Shown here piece by piece: positions 27,684 through 46,067 of a stretch of DNA of 64,000 nt; the first letter of the stretch is position 1; each line of letters starts with the position of its first letter. The position numbers were made by a program, and so were the translations under genes. The stretch lies in the NCBI RefSeq assembly GCF_009914755.1, contig NC_060928.1. One strand, given 5' to 3'. This DNA is from the human T2T-CHM13v2.0 reference genome, Homo sapiens. Under the pieces are notes generated by a model. It made no database searches. It had not been told where the DNA came from and saw nothing but the letters and a program-made list of their open reading frames with translations.

Positions 27684-30600
27684 GGAGTGCCTGCGATTGC
27701 AGGCGCACGCCGCCACGCCTGACTGGTTTTCGTTTTTTTTTTGGTGGAGACGGGGTTTTGCTGTGTTGGCCGGGCTGGTCTCCAGCTCCTAACCGCGAGT
27801 GATCCGCCAGCCTCGGCCTCCCGAGGTGCCGGGATTGCAGACGGAGTCTCGTTCACTCAGTGCTCAATGGTGCCCAGGCTGGAGTGCAGTGACGTGATCT
27901 CGGCTCGCTACAACCTCCACCTCCCAGCCGCCTGCCTTGGCCTCCCAAAGTGCCGAGATTGCAGCCTCTGCCCAGCCGCCACCCCGTCTGGGAAGTGAGG
28001 AGCGTCTCTGCCTGGCCCCCCATCGTCTGGGATATGAGGAGCCTCTCTGCCTGGCTGCACAGTCTGGAAAGTGAGGAGCGTCTCTGCCCGGCCGCCATCC
28101 CATCTAGGAAGCGAGGAGCGCCTCTTCCCCGCCGCCATCCCATCTAGGAAGTGAGGAGCGTCTCTGCCCGGCCGCCCATCGTCTGAGATGTGGGGAGCAC
28201 CTCTGCCCCGCCGCCCTGTCTGGGATGTGAGGAGCGCCTCTGCTGGGCCGCAACCCTGTCTGGGAGGTGAGGAGCGTCTCTGCCCAGCCGCCCCGTCTGA
28301 GAAGCGAGGAAACCCTCTGCCTGGCAACCGCCCCGTCTGAGAAGTGAGGAGCCCCTCCGTCCGGCAGCCACCCCGTCTGGGAAATGAGGAGCGTCTCCGC
28401 CCGGCAGCCACCCCGTCCGGGAGGGAGGTGGGGGAGGGGGTCAGCCCCCCGCCCGGCCAGCCGCCCCGTCCGGGAGGTGAGGGACTCCTCTGCCCGGCCG
28501 CCCCTACTGGGAAGTGAGGAGCCCCTCTGCCCGGCCAGTCGCCCCGTCCAGGAGGGAGGTGGGGGGGTCAGCCCCCCGCCCGGCCAGCCGCCCAGTCCGG
28601 GAGGTGAGGGGCGCCTCTGCCCGGCCGCCCCTACTGGGAAGTGAGGAGCCCCTCTGCCCGGCCAGCCGCCCCATCCGGGAGGGAGGTGGGGGGGTCAGCC
28701 CCCCGCCCGGCCGGCCGCCCCGTCCGGGAGGTGTGGGGCGCCTCTGCCCGGCCGCCCCTACTAGGAAGTGAGGACCCCTCTGCCCGGCCAGCCGCCCCGT
28801 CCGGGAGGGAGGTGGGGGGGTCAGCCCCCCGCCCGGCCAGCCGCCCCATCCGGGAGGGGGGTGGGGGGGGTCAGCCCCCTGCCCGGCCAGCCGCCCCGTC
28901 CGGGAGGGAGGTGGGGGGGGTCAGCCCCCCGCCCGGCCAGCCGCCCCGTCCGGGAGGGAGGTGGGGGGGTCAGCCCCCCGCCCGGCCAGCCGCCCAGTCC
29001 GGGAGGGAGGTGGGGGGATCAGCCCCCCGCCTGGCCAGCCGCCCCGTCCGGGAGGGAGGTGGGGGGGTCAGCCCCCCGCCTGGCCAGCCGCCCTATCCGG
29101 GAGGGGGGTGGAGGGGTCAGCCCCCTGCCCGGCCAGCCGCCCCGTCCGGGAGGGAGGTGGGGGGATCAGCCCCCCGCCTGGCCAGCCGCCCCGTCCGGGA
29201 GGGAGGTGGGGGGATCAGCCCCCCGCCTGGCCAGCCGCCCCGTCCGGGAGGGGAGGGGCGCCTCTGCCCGGCCGCCCCTACTGGGAAGTGAGGAGCCCCT
29301 CTGCCCGGCCAGCCGCCCCGTCCGGGAGGGAGGTGGGGGGGTCAGCCCCCCGCCTGGCCAGCCGCCCCATCCGGGAGGGAGGTGGGGGGGTCAGCCCCCC
29401 GCCCGGCCAGCCGCCCCGTCTGGGAGGGAGGTGGGGGGATCAGCCCCCCGCCTGGCCAGCCGCCCCGTCCGGGAGGTGAGGGGCGCCTCTGCCCGGCCGC
29501 CCCTACTGGGAAGTGAGGAGCCCCTCTGCCCGGCCAGCCGCCCCGTCCGGGAGGGAGGTCGGGGGGTCAGCCCCCCGCCTGGCCAGCCGCCCCATCCGGG
29601 AGGGAGGTGGGGGGGTCAGCCCCCCGCCCGGCCAGCCGCCCCGTCCGGGAGGGAGGTGGGGGGATCAGCCCCCCGCCTGGCCAGCCGCCCCGTCCGGGAG
29701 GTGAGGGGCGCCTCTGCCCGGCCGCCCCTACTGGGAAGTGAGGAGCCCCTCTGCCCGGCCAGCCGCCCCGTCCGGGAGGGAGGCGGAGGGGGGGTCGGCC
29801 AGCCGCCCTGTCCGGGAGGGAGGTGGGGGGGTCAGCCCCCCGCCCGGCCGGCCGCCCCGTCCGGGAGGTGAGGGGCGCCTCTGCCCGGCCGCCCCTACTG
29901 GGAAGTGAGGACCCCTCTGCCCGGCCAGCCGCCCCGTCCGGGAGGGAGGTAGGGGGGTCAGCCCCCCGCCCGGCCAGCCGCCCTATCCAGGAGGTGAGGG
30001 GCGCCTCTGCCCAGCCGCCCCTACTGGGAAGTGAGGAGCCCCTCTGCCTGGCCAGCCGCCCCGTCGGGGAGGATGGTGGGGGGGGTCAGCCCCCCACCCG
30101 GCCAGCTGCCCCATCCGGGAGGTGAGGGGCGCTTCTGCCCGGCCGCCCCTACTGGGAAGTGAGGAGCCCCTCTGCCCGGCCACGACCCCGTCTGGGAGGT
30201 GTGCCCAGCGGCTCATTGGGGATGGGCCATGATGACAATGGCGGTTTTGTGGAATAGAAAGGCGGGAAGGGTGGGGAAAAAAATTGAGAAATCGGATGGT
30301 TGCCGGGTCTGTGTGGATAGAAGTAGACATGGGAGACTTTTCATTTTGTTCTGTACTAAGAAAAATTCTTCTGCCTTGGGATCCTGTTGATCTGTGACCT
30401 TATCCCCAACCCTGTGCTCTCTGAAACATGTGCTGTGTCCACTCAGGGTTAAATGGATTAAGGGCGGTGCAAGATGTGCTTTGTTAAACAGATGCTTGAA
30501 GGCAGCATGCTCGTTAAGAGTCATCACCACTCCCTAATCTTAAGTACCCAGGGACACAAACACTGCGGAAGGCCGCAGGGTCCTCTGCCTAGGAAAACCA

Positions 30601-30772
30601 GAGACCTTTGTTCACTTGTTTATCTGCTGACCTTCCCTCCACTATTGTCCTATGACCCTGCCAAATCCCCCTCTGTGAGAAACACCCAAGAATGATCAAT
30701 AAAAAAAAAAAAAAAAGAAAGAAAATAACATTCGTAACTTTGAGGAAACAGAATAAATAGGAGATTTATTAA

Positions 30773-30808
<36 letters not shown>
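27684..30808 (+). mobile_element. SVA retrotransposon (SVA_E-like), 5'-truncated, with 3' transduction
   Basis: Antisense Alu-like domain from 27685 with no CCCTCT hexamer, VNTR about 27960-30200, SINE-R to AATAAA at about 30700, two poly(A) tracts, 19-bp TSD AAGAAAATCACCATAAATC (27665-27683, 30807-30825). Confidence 0.96.
27960..30200 (+). repeat. SVA GC-rich VNTR (about 37-50 bp units)
   Basis: Repeated GCCCGGCCAGCCGCCCCGTCCGGGAGGGAGGTGGGGGGGTCAGCCCCCC and CCCCTACTGGGAAGTGAGGAGCCCCTCT units. Confidence 0.95.
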
Positions 30809-30810
<2 letters not shown>

Positions 30811-30869
30811 AAATCACCATAAATCAGACATGAAAATTCTGGCTCCGAAAATAGCAATTTCTTTGTGCA

Positions 30870-30875
30870 AATAAA
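30870..30875 (+). terminator. Candidate native polyadenylation signal of the FAM86 3' UTR
   Basis: AATAAA in the resumed UTR, 45 nt after the SVA TSD. Confidence 0.4.
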
Positions 30876-31235
30876 AACGTGTGTATCAAGTATGATGTTC
30901 CCCCAACGTGGACACACTCGGTTCCTCACAAAGCCAAGCCCGCTGCAGCTGCCACATCCCTGGGCTTATGGTGCAGCAGGTGCTTTTTTCAAGACAGGAA
31001 TCAACATGTTAGGAACACGGCAGAAAGGTGGCACCTGGAGACCAAACGCAGGCTAAGGAGTACTGCAGAGGTCACAGGGAAGTCACAGAACAGTAATACT
31101 CTAGCAGGAGCATGGGGCGTGAAGAACAGAAGAAGACAGGAAGCGTTTCTGAGCCTCCAGAGAAGAAATCAGGGCCAACCACAGCTTCCCCGGTCACAGA
31201 ACCAATTCATTCACCAGGCGGCACCACTGCCGTCA

Positions 31236-31505
<270 letters not shown>

Positions 31506-31862
31506 TTACCTCATTGCCTGTCCCAACCCCATCCCAGGTCACCACCTGGATGACCCCAGGTCCCCGACCCAATAACAACCCCTCCCAAGCCCCTAACTCC
31601 CTCACTTGAACTCAAGACCCTTCACGCCCCAGCAGTGCTCCGCCTCCAACTTGACATTATGCTTTCCGGAAACTTCCCCTGGAAACTTACCTGTATGTCC
31701 CACTTTCCCACACTTGGTGCCCTGGAGCACCTTCCGGCCTCTACATGCTGTACGTTCCCCTGTGAGCACCCTCCTCTCGGCCTCTGGCCAACACAGTCCC
31801 ACCCATCTGTGGGTAATGAGTGGCTGTCGGTGTTCTTTTCAGCCTTGCTAAACTGTCTGAAT

Positions 31863-32070
31863 CAAGGATCACAAACTACAGCCTGCAGGCCAAATCCAGC
31901 CCACAGCCTGTGTTTCTAAATAAAGTTTTATTGGAACAAAACCACACCCCTTAATCTACAGACGATCTGTGGCTACTTTCACACCACAACAGAGTACCAT
32001 GGTTCTGACAGAGACTGGGGCACCCAGTCTAAATGACTTCCGACCTGGACCTTTACTGAAAATCCTCCCA
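31863..32070. mobile_element. MER58-type hAT DNA transposon
   Basis: CAAACTACAGCCTGCAGGCCAAATCCAGCCC...TAAATAAAGTTTTATTGGAACA. Confidence 0.7.
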
Positions 32071-33301
32071 GTCACTCTGTTGGCAAGAATGATGTATTAC
32101 TTTTAGCAATAAGAAACAAGTAACCTTTGCAGAATTCCGCCCATCTTTCAAGGCTGGTCCCAGAAGCTCCCTTTACCTACACACCTACCTGATCCTGATC
32201 ACTTCCTAAACTGCAGCCCGACCCACCCGGCTCCAGCATCATTTGTGGAGTGTCAGCTCCATAAATCCAGAGGGCAGGAGGGGGTGTGTCCTAACTTTCC
32301 CGAGCCTACTGTACCAAAACGGGGCAGCAGAGAGGGCCAGCATCTGTGACCTCTGCTCCCTCCCTAGCTTTTCCACCAGACCCCACATGGTCCCACCCTG
32401 GCTGTGAGAAGCAGGGATCAGGGAGCGTGGCTCGGTGCCAGTCTCCAGAACCCTGCACACCCGGGCGTGGTGGCAGACGTGGCTACCTGCAGCTGAGCTG
32501 CCAGTTCCTCTGAGTCCTCAAGGACCAGGCCGTTTTCTTCATGTTTCACCAGCTCATGTAAACTGCAGAGAGAACCAAGGGAGCCTGAGAGCTGCCTGGA
32601 GAAGATACCAGACCGCTGTGGTGCCCACCAGGGCTCCCACCCACCCCACGCTCAAGCCAGGCTGGGGGTTGGAACAGGGGGGTGTGGTTTCCAGGAGCTG
32701 GTTCTTAGACTTGGCATCTGAGGGTACAAAGGCCTGGGGGGGGCGCTGGTGCACATCAAAATGGCCAAAGCGATTTGAGGAGGGAGCCTTAAGGAGGGTT
32801 TGTACCTTCTGTGCTGCATGCTCTTCAAGGACTGAAGAATTATTTTTGCATGTTTTTCTTAATTCCATGGCCATGGAATAAGTAAAGGCAACCCCCTGGA
32901 GACTGGCTCAGCACATAAAAGATGACTTTTCTAGGGCACCAGGTTTGATCCTGACATTCCCTGAGCTCAGATCACACGAGGGGCTCACATCCCTGAATCC
33001 CATCCAGGGGCCGGCTCCTGAGCAGGGGCCAAGGGCTCAACTTGTGCTGAGGCTACTGCTTCTAGAATCTCCTCTAGTGCCACCCTTCCAAACACCCGTC
33101 TATGCTGGGTGGAGTGAGGCCACAGCATGACACTCATTCAACTGATTCAAACCCACCACGTAAGCTTGGCCAAAAGGGACATGGTGGGAGAGAAAACAAC
33201 AAAGAAAACCATGTAAGCCTGCAGGCAATTCCCGCCAATTCTACTCCAGGAGCAAAAGCCCCGAGTGGAGTTCTAGTATTTAAGATGCTTTTTTTTTCAT
33301 A

Positions 33302-33369
33302 TTAGGTTGGTGCAAAAGTAATTGTCATTTTTAATGGCAAAAACCGTGATTACTTTTGCACCAACCTAA
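33302..33369. mobile_element. MADE1 (Hsmar1-derived MITE)
   Basis: Perfect terminal inverted repeats TTAGGTTGGTGCAAAAGTAAT / ATTACTTTTGCACCAACCTAA. Confidence 0.9.
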
Positions 33370-33575
33370 ATATAACATGAGCTCTAAATGGAAGCAACTA
33401 CTTCAATGAGGCTCAGCCCAGCCACAGCAAATGCAGGGCTCCTCCTCCTGGCCTCCAGTGTGTGCTGGACTGACCGAGGGACAGGGCCTCACTGTGGGCA
33501 TCTCGCTCTGCACTGCTTCCCCCTCAGCGGTGGATTTGTGAAGCTATCCCCAGAAAGATTCGGGTTCTGCTCCTA

Positions 33576-33713
<138 letters not shown>

Positions 33714-33909
33714 TCAGAGCGCTGGTCTCTGCCTTGGGAACACAAATCCTCCCAGCACAGTGAGGGAACATCCCCGGAGGGGAGTGAAAATCTCATAAGG
33801 CCCCCGATATCACCAAGCACAAGTGGCTTAAGCTGGCCAAGCAGCCACACGGCCTGGCTGGGACATCTGAAAACATAAGTTGACACTTTTTCTACATAAC
33901 CACAATTTG

Positions 33910-36905
<2,996 letters not shown>

Positions 36906-38001
36906 ATTCAGAAAAAAATTTTTAAATAAACAATAGCCAGAGTCACCTGGTAAGGTGGAGAAAGAGCACTGCTCTGGTGGGGAGGCCACCATCCTCTGTG
37001 AGATACTCTCCTGGAGGGGGCATTTCAGCCTGAGGGCCTGGTCACTCAATGACCCAACTGGGGATTCAGGGCGGCCCACCTCCACCACCCCCACTGTCCC
37101 CAGGCTGCCCCACCCAGTGGTCCAGCTCAGGAACATGCTGCAGGCCAGGCAAGCAGCTCACAGCTCAGTGGCCCCCGACAAGCCCAGAGCTCCTCACCGC
37201 AGCCACACAGCTACTTTCTAAAGCTTCCAGCAGGATGGAGAAGTCTTCATCCTCTATGAGAAGAGAATTGAATGTCAGGGTCCTGTTACTAGACACCTCT
37301 CTTCCAGGTCACACACCCTCCCCTTCTCACTGAGACTGTGACGGGGTGGGGGCATGCAGGACTGGCAGAGGTGAGGAGAACACAGGTTGGCCAGGTGCCC
37401 GTCACACCAAACCCATGTGCCCCAGGGGTCCTGCAGACCTGTCCAGCTCGTGCTGCTGACCAGCAGGGCTGGCTGCTCATGGAGACGTGTCACCAGCCTG
37501 CTCCCAGCATCCTGCTCCATGAAGGCCGACCGCTCCGTGGCTGGATCCTCAGGTTCTGAGATGAAAGAGCAGAAAAAAAGCCTGTGAGAGGCCACAGAGC
37601 AGGCCCAGGACGAAGGACGGGCATCTCCTGCCATGGCGAGGCCTGCAGGCTCCCAGCGGTTGGGGTGCCTGGCCACATCAGCAGCACCAGGCCACCCCTG
37701 CCATCCGAGGCCTGGGCTTGCTTTCTCTAATATTGTTGCTGGGTGCTAAGATTACAACAGCAAACAAGACTGACTCATTCCTTTTCTCCACGGGACTTAC
37801 TGTCTTATCATCCCCTGGACTCAAGATGAGGGTGCAGGGATGCCCTCCCACACCACCCCAGCTTACCCAGGGGCACACCTCAGGGTGTGTGGACCTGCAC
37901 AAAGGTCCCCTCCTTAGCCCCATGAGACACCCCAGGGGACACACAGGTCCACAGATCCTGCCACAGATCTGGGAACCCATTGACAGGAGAGTAAGACAGT
38001 G

Positions 38002-38210
38002 CAGGGGTCCACAAACATTTCTTAAAGGGCCAGAGAGTAAATACTTCAGGCTTTGCGGGCCACAGGTTCTCTGTTGCAAAACGCGATTCTGCTATTGTAG
38101 CTCAAAGGCAGCTGTAGACAACTCAGAAGTTAATGAGTGTGTTGTGTCCCAATGAAACTTGATTTACAAAATCAGGAGACTGGCCTGTAGCCTTAGTTTG
38201 CCAACCCCTG
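38002..38210. mobile_element. MER58A hAT DNA transposon
   Basis: CAGGGGTC..CAAAC start and GTTTGCCAACCCCTG end. Confidence 0.8.
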
Positions 38211-39369
38211 GATGAGTGGTTTCCCAGGTCTGCAGCGAGAAGGGGAGAGGCCAGGGCAGTGGCGAGCAGGAGAGAAGGCAGCTGAGGATGGGAGGCCTAC
38301 CGGGCCCTGAACAGAGAGTGTGTGCTGCCCAGCTTCATGAAGAGCCAGTGCTGCAGGTCCAGAGGTGCCTCTTTAAAGAAAGATGCCGGTTTGTCGTAGA
38401 CGGTCACAGCCCTGCAATGAAATCATGGCGGGGCTATTGGGGGTGCTGAAGAAAGGCCTCAGGAATAGAGGACTCAGAGGCTCCAGGAAAAGAAGGACGC
38501 TTGGGGAATCCAAGTCTCAGACGATGACAAGAAAAAGCCTTGCAATTACTTGGGAATGCACAGAGAGATGTCCTAGGACCAAAACTGCCTGGACCCCCTG
38601 GCTGGCTGGGAAGGAAACTCTGCCCCCTCCTCTCCCAGCTTCCCCAAATTTTCCCATAATGTTGCCAAGCATTAGTCCAGCGTGAAGGCTACTTTCTTCT
38701 CAAACCACTCATTTGGGTCCCGCGCCCAATGTCACCCATCCTCAGCAAAACAACCTTTATTTCCTTCTTCCTGCTTTCCAGAAAGTTCCCCTAAAGCCCT
38801 GAGAAATCACCGAATGAAAGAGGCTTTTTACAAACAGGAAACTTAAGTGGAGTGCCAATACACAACATGAATTGCACCAGGCTGGGTCTAAGATAAAACC
38901 AGACTGTGGACAACAGGACAGATAAGACCCCCCACATGGCTCTGCACTGCCTGGGTCTGTTATTATGTGGAGGAATGTCAGTCTGTTGCTCCTGTGGGTG
39001 GAGCTGAAGCATGAACCAGGAGTCTTCATCCTTAGAAAGCAGTTAGACAGACACCTGAGAACCAATCCCAAACTGCAGACTTCCACAGAACCTTCTGGAA
39101 CCTTCCCGAATGCAACTCATTACTGCCAGAGGGTCTTTGATGAGAGTCTACTCTCCACCATTTGTCTTCAAAGAGAATACCCACATATTCTCTTTCCATG
39201 GAAAGGTAAGTTATTAGAGTTTATGCAGTCTGGTATATTAATTGAGAGCTTTACTTCAAAGAATGTCACGTTTACGATTCAGTCTCACAGACTGGGTTAA
39301 AAAGGCAGTATTGACTATTAAGTTGTAAATTACTGTAATGATCATTATTATTATTCAAGCAATCTGTGA

Positions 39370-40158
<789 letters not shown>

Positions 40159-40227
40159 CCCCAATTTAATTTTAATAAAATTATCAAGGAAATAAGCCAC
40201 AAAAGGACAATGTGCAGACTTTAGAAC

Positions 40228-40548
40228 AGAGCTATCCAATAGAAATACAATGTAATCCACATGTGTAATATTAAATAATTTAGTCACCACATTAGAAAAA
40301 GTAAAAGGCGTGAAATGAATTCTCCTAGTAAACTTTATTTAACCACTATATTCAAAATATTATTATTTCAACATTAATGAATACTTAAAAATTCTTAATG
40401 AGATATTTTATGTTTTTCTTTTTGCTTATGAAGGCTTGGAAATCTAGTGTATATTTTACACTAACAGCATATCTCAACTGAGACGGCCACATCTCAAGTG
40501 GCCAGTAGCCATGTGTGGCCTGAGGCCATGACTCTGGGCAGTACAGCT
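40228..40548. mobile_element. MER33-type hAT DNA transposon
   Basis: CAGAGCTATCCAATAGAAAT...AATCTAGTGTATATTTTACACT..CAGCA...AGCCATGTGTGGC. Confidence 0.7.
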
Positions 40549-40984
40549 TTAGGTGAGTCTAGGGCAGGGCAGAGGGGGGCACCTGGGATCAGGTGTGGAG
40601 CCTGGGGCCTTGTTTTGCACCGTTTGGTGAGGGCACTTTCTTTCCGTAAAACCCAGGTCAAGCGTGCCTCACAAAGGGGCCAGTGGAGGTGCCTCCATTT
40701 ACTTGGGAGCTTGGCCTCTCCAGCTTGCCTTCCTACTGCCTGGAAGAAGATTGATGTCCTCTTGCCTTCTCTAGCCCCTTTCCCAAGAACCCTCCCAGAA
40801 TTTAGTCCTATGAAGGGCCAGGGGTGCAAGGAGTCACCCACACAATGACAGGACCCACCAGCAATACCAGAAGTTGGCCAGCCCTACTCATCCAAATTCC
40901 TTTCTGCCAGCTGGACATCACAAGGATTTCAGACTTCCATCCTGCAGCAACTCCATTTTGGGGTCCGGGGGTTTAAGGGTTACT

Positions 40985-41650
<666 letters not shown>

Positions 41651-42159
41651 AGCTGGGCATCTTCTTCCTTGAATGCACATTGGCCTCTGAGGCACTTCCT
41701 GGTTAACCTCATTCCACAGCTGAGAAAACCCAGGCTTGGCACAGGCAAGGGATCTGACCCAATGTCTCCCATCTTATTAGAGGAAGGACCAAGACTGGAC
41801 CCACAACTGTACTCCTGTTTTGTGTCACCATGCTGCCCCCAAGATCAGATCTCAAACCAAGCAGACATGGGGGGCTCAGAAAGTCCCCAGCCTAGAACTT
41901 TCCTGTCACCCAATGACACTAAAGGCTAAGCTTTCTTCTTATTATTCTGGATTCACGCTAGAATGACCTTGGGGTGTGTTTCACACGTGCCGATGTCTGG
42001 AGTTTCACCCCCAGCTAACTGACTATGAATCTCTGGGTTGGGGCCTGGGCACTGATATTCATGCAGAGCTTCTGAGATGATCCTGTTGTATCGCCAAGGT
42101 TGACACCTGCAGAAACCTTGCACACTTTTTCATTCATTTAGTTATTAAACATGTAATAT

Positions 42160-42790
42160 TTATTATTATTTTTCCAGACACAGAAGCGTTGCAAGAATAG
42201 TACAAAGACATCATTTATACCCTTCTCTGAGATTCCCCAGTGCTACCATTTTACCCCATTTGCTTTATTATTTTCTAAGTGGCAGATGAGTTATCTTTTA
42301 CCCCTAAATATTCCTGTGTATTCCTTAATAACACGGACTTTGTCTTATATAACCAAGGCAATAGCAAAATCAGGAAACTAACCCTGCTACAATAAGGTTT
42401 TCTAATGTAGGGACCTCATTCAGATTTTGCCAGTTAACCCAATGATGTACATTGGAGCAAACGATAATCCCAGATCATGCATTATTTTCAGTTGCTGTGT
42501 CTCTGTAGGTCCCTTTTAGCTTGGAACAGCTCCTCGGTTTTTCTTTATCTTTCATGGTATTGGCATTCTTGAAGAACGCAAGATGGTTATTTGATAGATT
42601 GTCCCTTACTTTGGATTTGGCTGATGTTTCTTGGCGGTGATATTCTTATGCATTTGAGGTGGGATTATCACAGCAATGGTGTCATGTTCTCTGTGCATCG
42701 CATCAGGAGGGACATGCTGATGGTTTATCCCATTACACCAAAGTGAATGTTGATCGTTCAGTGAAGGTGGGTGCGGGTTCATTGCATTAT
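42160..42790 (-). mobile_element. Old L1M 3' fragment
   Basis: TTGCAAGAATAGTACAAAGA...AAAATCAGGAAACTAAC...CATTCAGATTTTGCCAGTT, L1MC-like text. Confidence 0.6.
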
Positions 42791-43379
42791 ATTGCAGAAG
42801 CCATCATCAGCCATACTCGCTCTGATTAACCAATCATCTTATGTAGCCATTTATCTAACAAGGCTGTAAGGGTCTTGAACTCAGGGTAAGCAAGCCTTAA
42901 AGCAGAAGAGAAGAAAGAAAGGCTTTGGAACCTGGAGCTTTGGCAAAGGGCGCAGGTGTGGGGAACGCACCACCAAACTTGCTCCTGGCATTAGGATGAA
43001 GAGGAAGGAGAACATTCTATCTAGAAGGGGTTTGGGGTTAGCCAGAGGGGTGTGGGAGAGTCAGAGTCTGCCAACTTGTGGTTTTGCTGAGGGCTACACT
43101 GTGGTAGACAGGTGTTTCATTTCTGCTCTTGAAAATTTTGTTTCACAATCCTTCATCTAAAACAGAGCAATTCCCTTTTTCTAAGTTTTGGCCCACTTTG
43201 CTTCATCTGTCTTCTGTTCTCTTATTTTTAGAGACAGGGTCTTGCTCTGTTGCCCAGGCTGGAGTGCAGTGATGTGATCATAGGTCACTGCAGCCTTGAC
43301 CTCCTGGGCTCAAGCAATCCTCCTGCCTTAGCCTCCTGAGTAGCTGGGACTATAGGTGTGCATCACTGCACCTGGCTAA

Positions 43380-43544
<165 letters not shown>

Positions 43545-44192
43545 TGACTTCCACATTAGCTCCAGGAATAATTTCTGTTAAGGTGATGCCTGGCTCGACA
43601 CTTCTGGTAACTCCCGTTGTTTATCTATTGCTTATCTCCAGAACCTATGTGATGCTTCCTACTTCAAAGTGCACTAGTGCCTGTCAGCTTGAAGGCATCC
43701 CCTGAGCTGCTGGCAAACAAGGCCTTTTTACCCAGAGATTAACCTCTTATTTGTTTCAATAAATGATCAAAAGTTGGTTTGCCTCCTGTGCATATGTTGG
43801 TTGGGGACAAGAGGGGATTGTGGTGATTTCTGTCCACCTGGGACCTCAGGCCTCCTGGTGGCCCCTGAACAAAAGTGAGGCAGGCAGAGCAATGGGCAGT
43901 GTTCCCTGTCTGCCTCGTTGCCATCAGTATTCCTGCCTGTGGTTGTCTTTGGTGCATTATCAGGATGTGTCCCTCCCTCATCTTTGTTCCCTCTCCTTCT
44001 TGTATTTACCTTCACCTGGGCTGCTAAGTGCTGCGGGAGAAACATTGGGTTGTTGTGGAGATTGTGGCCATGAAAATTTAGGTTCCCCACCCTCAGGTTG
44101 TCCCTCACTGGTCTCTGCCTCATACCTTTGAAGAAAACAACTCGTGGAGGTCGTCTTATTCATAAAGGTGAACATTTAACAGAGCAGAGCAC

Positions 44193-45290
<1,098 letters not shown>

Positions 45291-46067
45291 CAGCAGCATT
45301 CTGAGCCCTTCCCATATAAACTCTTCATTGAATCTTCACCACAACTGCCCCACCCATAAGTGCTGTTGTTATTGTCTTCATTTCGTCTTCATTTTATCCA
45401 TGATGTCTGCAGCACAGACAGGTTCAGTAGTTTGCTCATGGTCACTTGAGATAATAAAAACTCCACTCTAGGGAACCTCTCATGCCTGCCTCTGGCTGTC
45501 GCCTTCCCTCTCCCCTTTCCTCCTGTCCCCTTCCTCTCCATCTCTTTTATGAGGCCTTCTTTGTTGTCCCATCTCTTTTTTGTATTTTTACTTTGCAGTA
45601 ATTTTTTTTTTGTGGGGGGGAAAGGGGGTCTCGCTATGTTGTGCAGGCTGATCTTGAACTCCTGGCCTCGAGCTATCCTCCTGTCTTAGCCTCCTGAGTA
45701 GCTGGGATTACATGTGTGAGCCATCATACCCAGCTGTTGTCCCATCTCCTAAATGTCTGCTTTCCCCAGCATCCCTGCCCACAGTTCCGGCCTCAGTAGC
45801 CCCTCCTGAGCCTCATTCACCACCTATGCTGATGAACTGCTGCTCGCCCTCCTCCCAGGCAGGTTGCCCCATGGCCACTGAAGGCTCAGCCCATCCACAA
45901 CAGATTCACAAAGCCTGTCCTTCAATGCTGGATTTCCTAGATTTCCCAGCCAACAGTCCCACCAGCTTAAAACCCTGCAGCCATGCCTAAATCCTCTATC
46001 TTCCTGTACCCCACATCCCCACGACCAACCCCTGCTGATTTAATGGCTAAATCCCTCTCTTGACAGT

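Noticed and set aside
28384-30125. Long Pro/Gly/Arg-rich ORFs (up to 367 aa)
   Set aside because: Translations of the stop-poor SVA VNTR; no evidence of coding function.
27960-30200. Regular repeat units that might suggest a CRISPR-like array
   Set aside because: Units are contiguous with no unique spacers and match the SVA VNTR; eukaryotic context with no cas genes.
39000-39211. Strong plus-strand donor GAAAG|GTAAGT inside a 111-aa ORF
   Set aside because: No recognisable protein or clear acceptor; it could be a lncRNA exon but the sequence alone does not support it.
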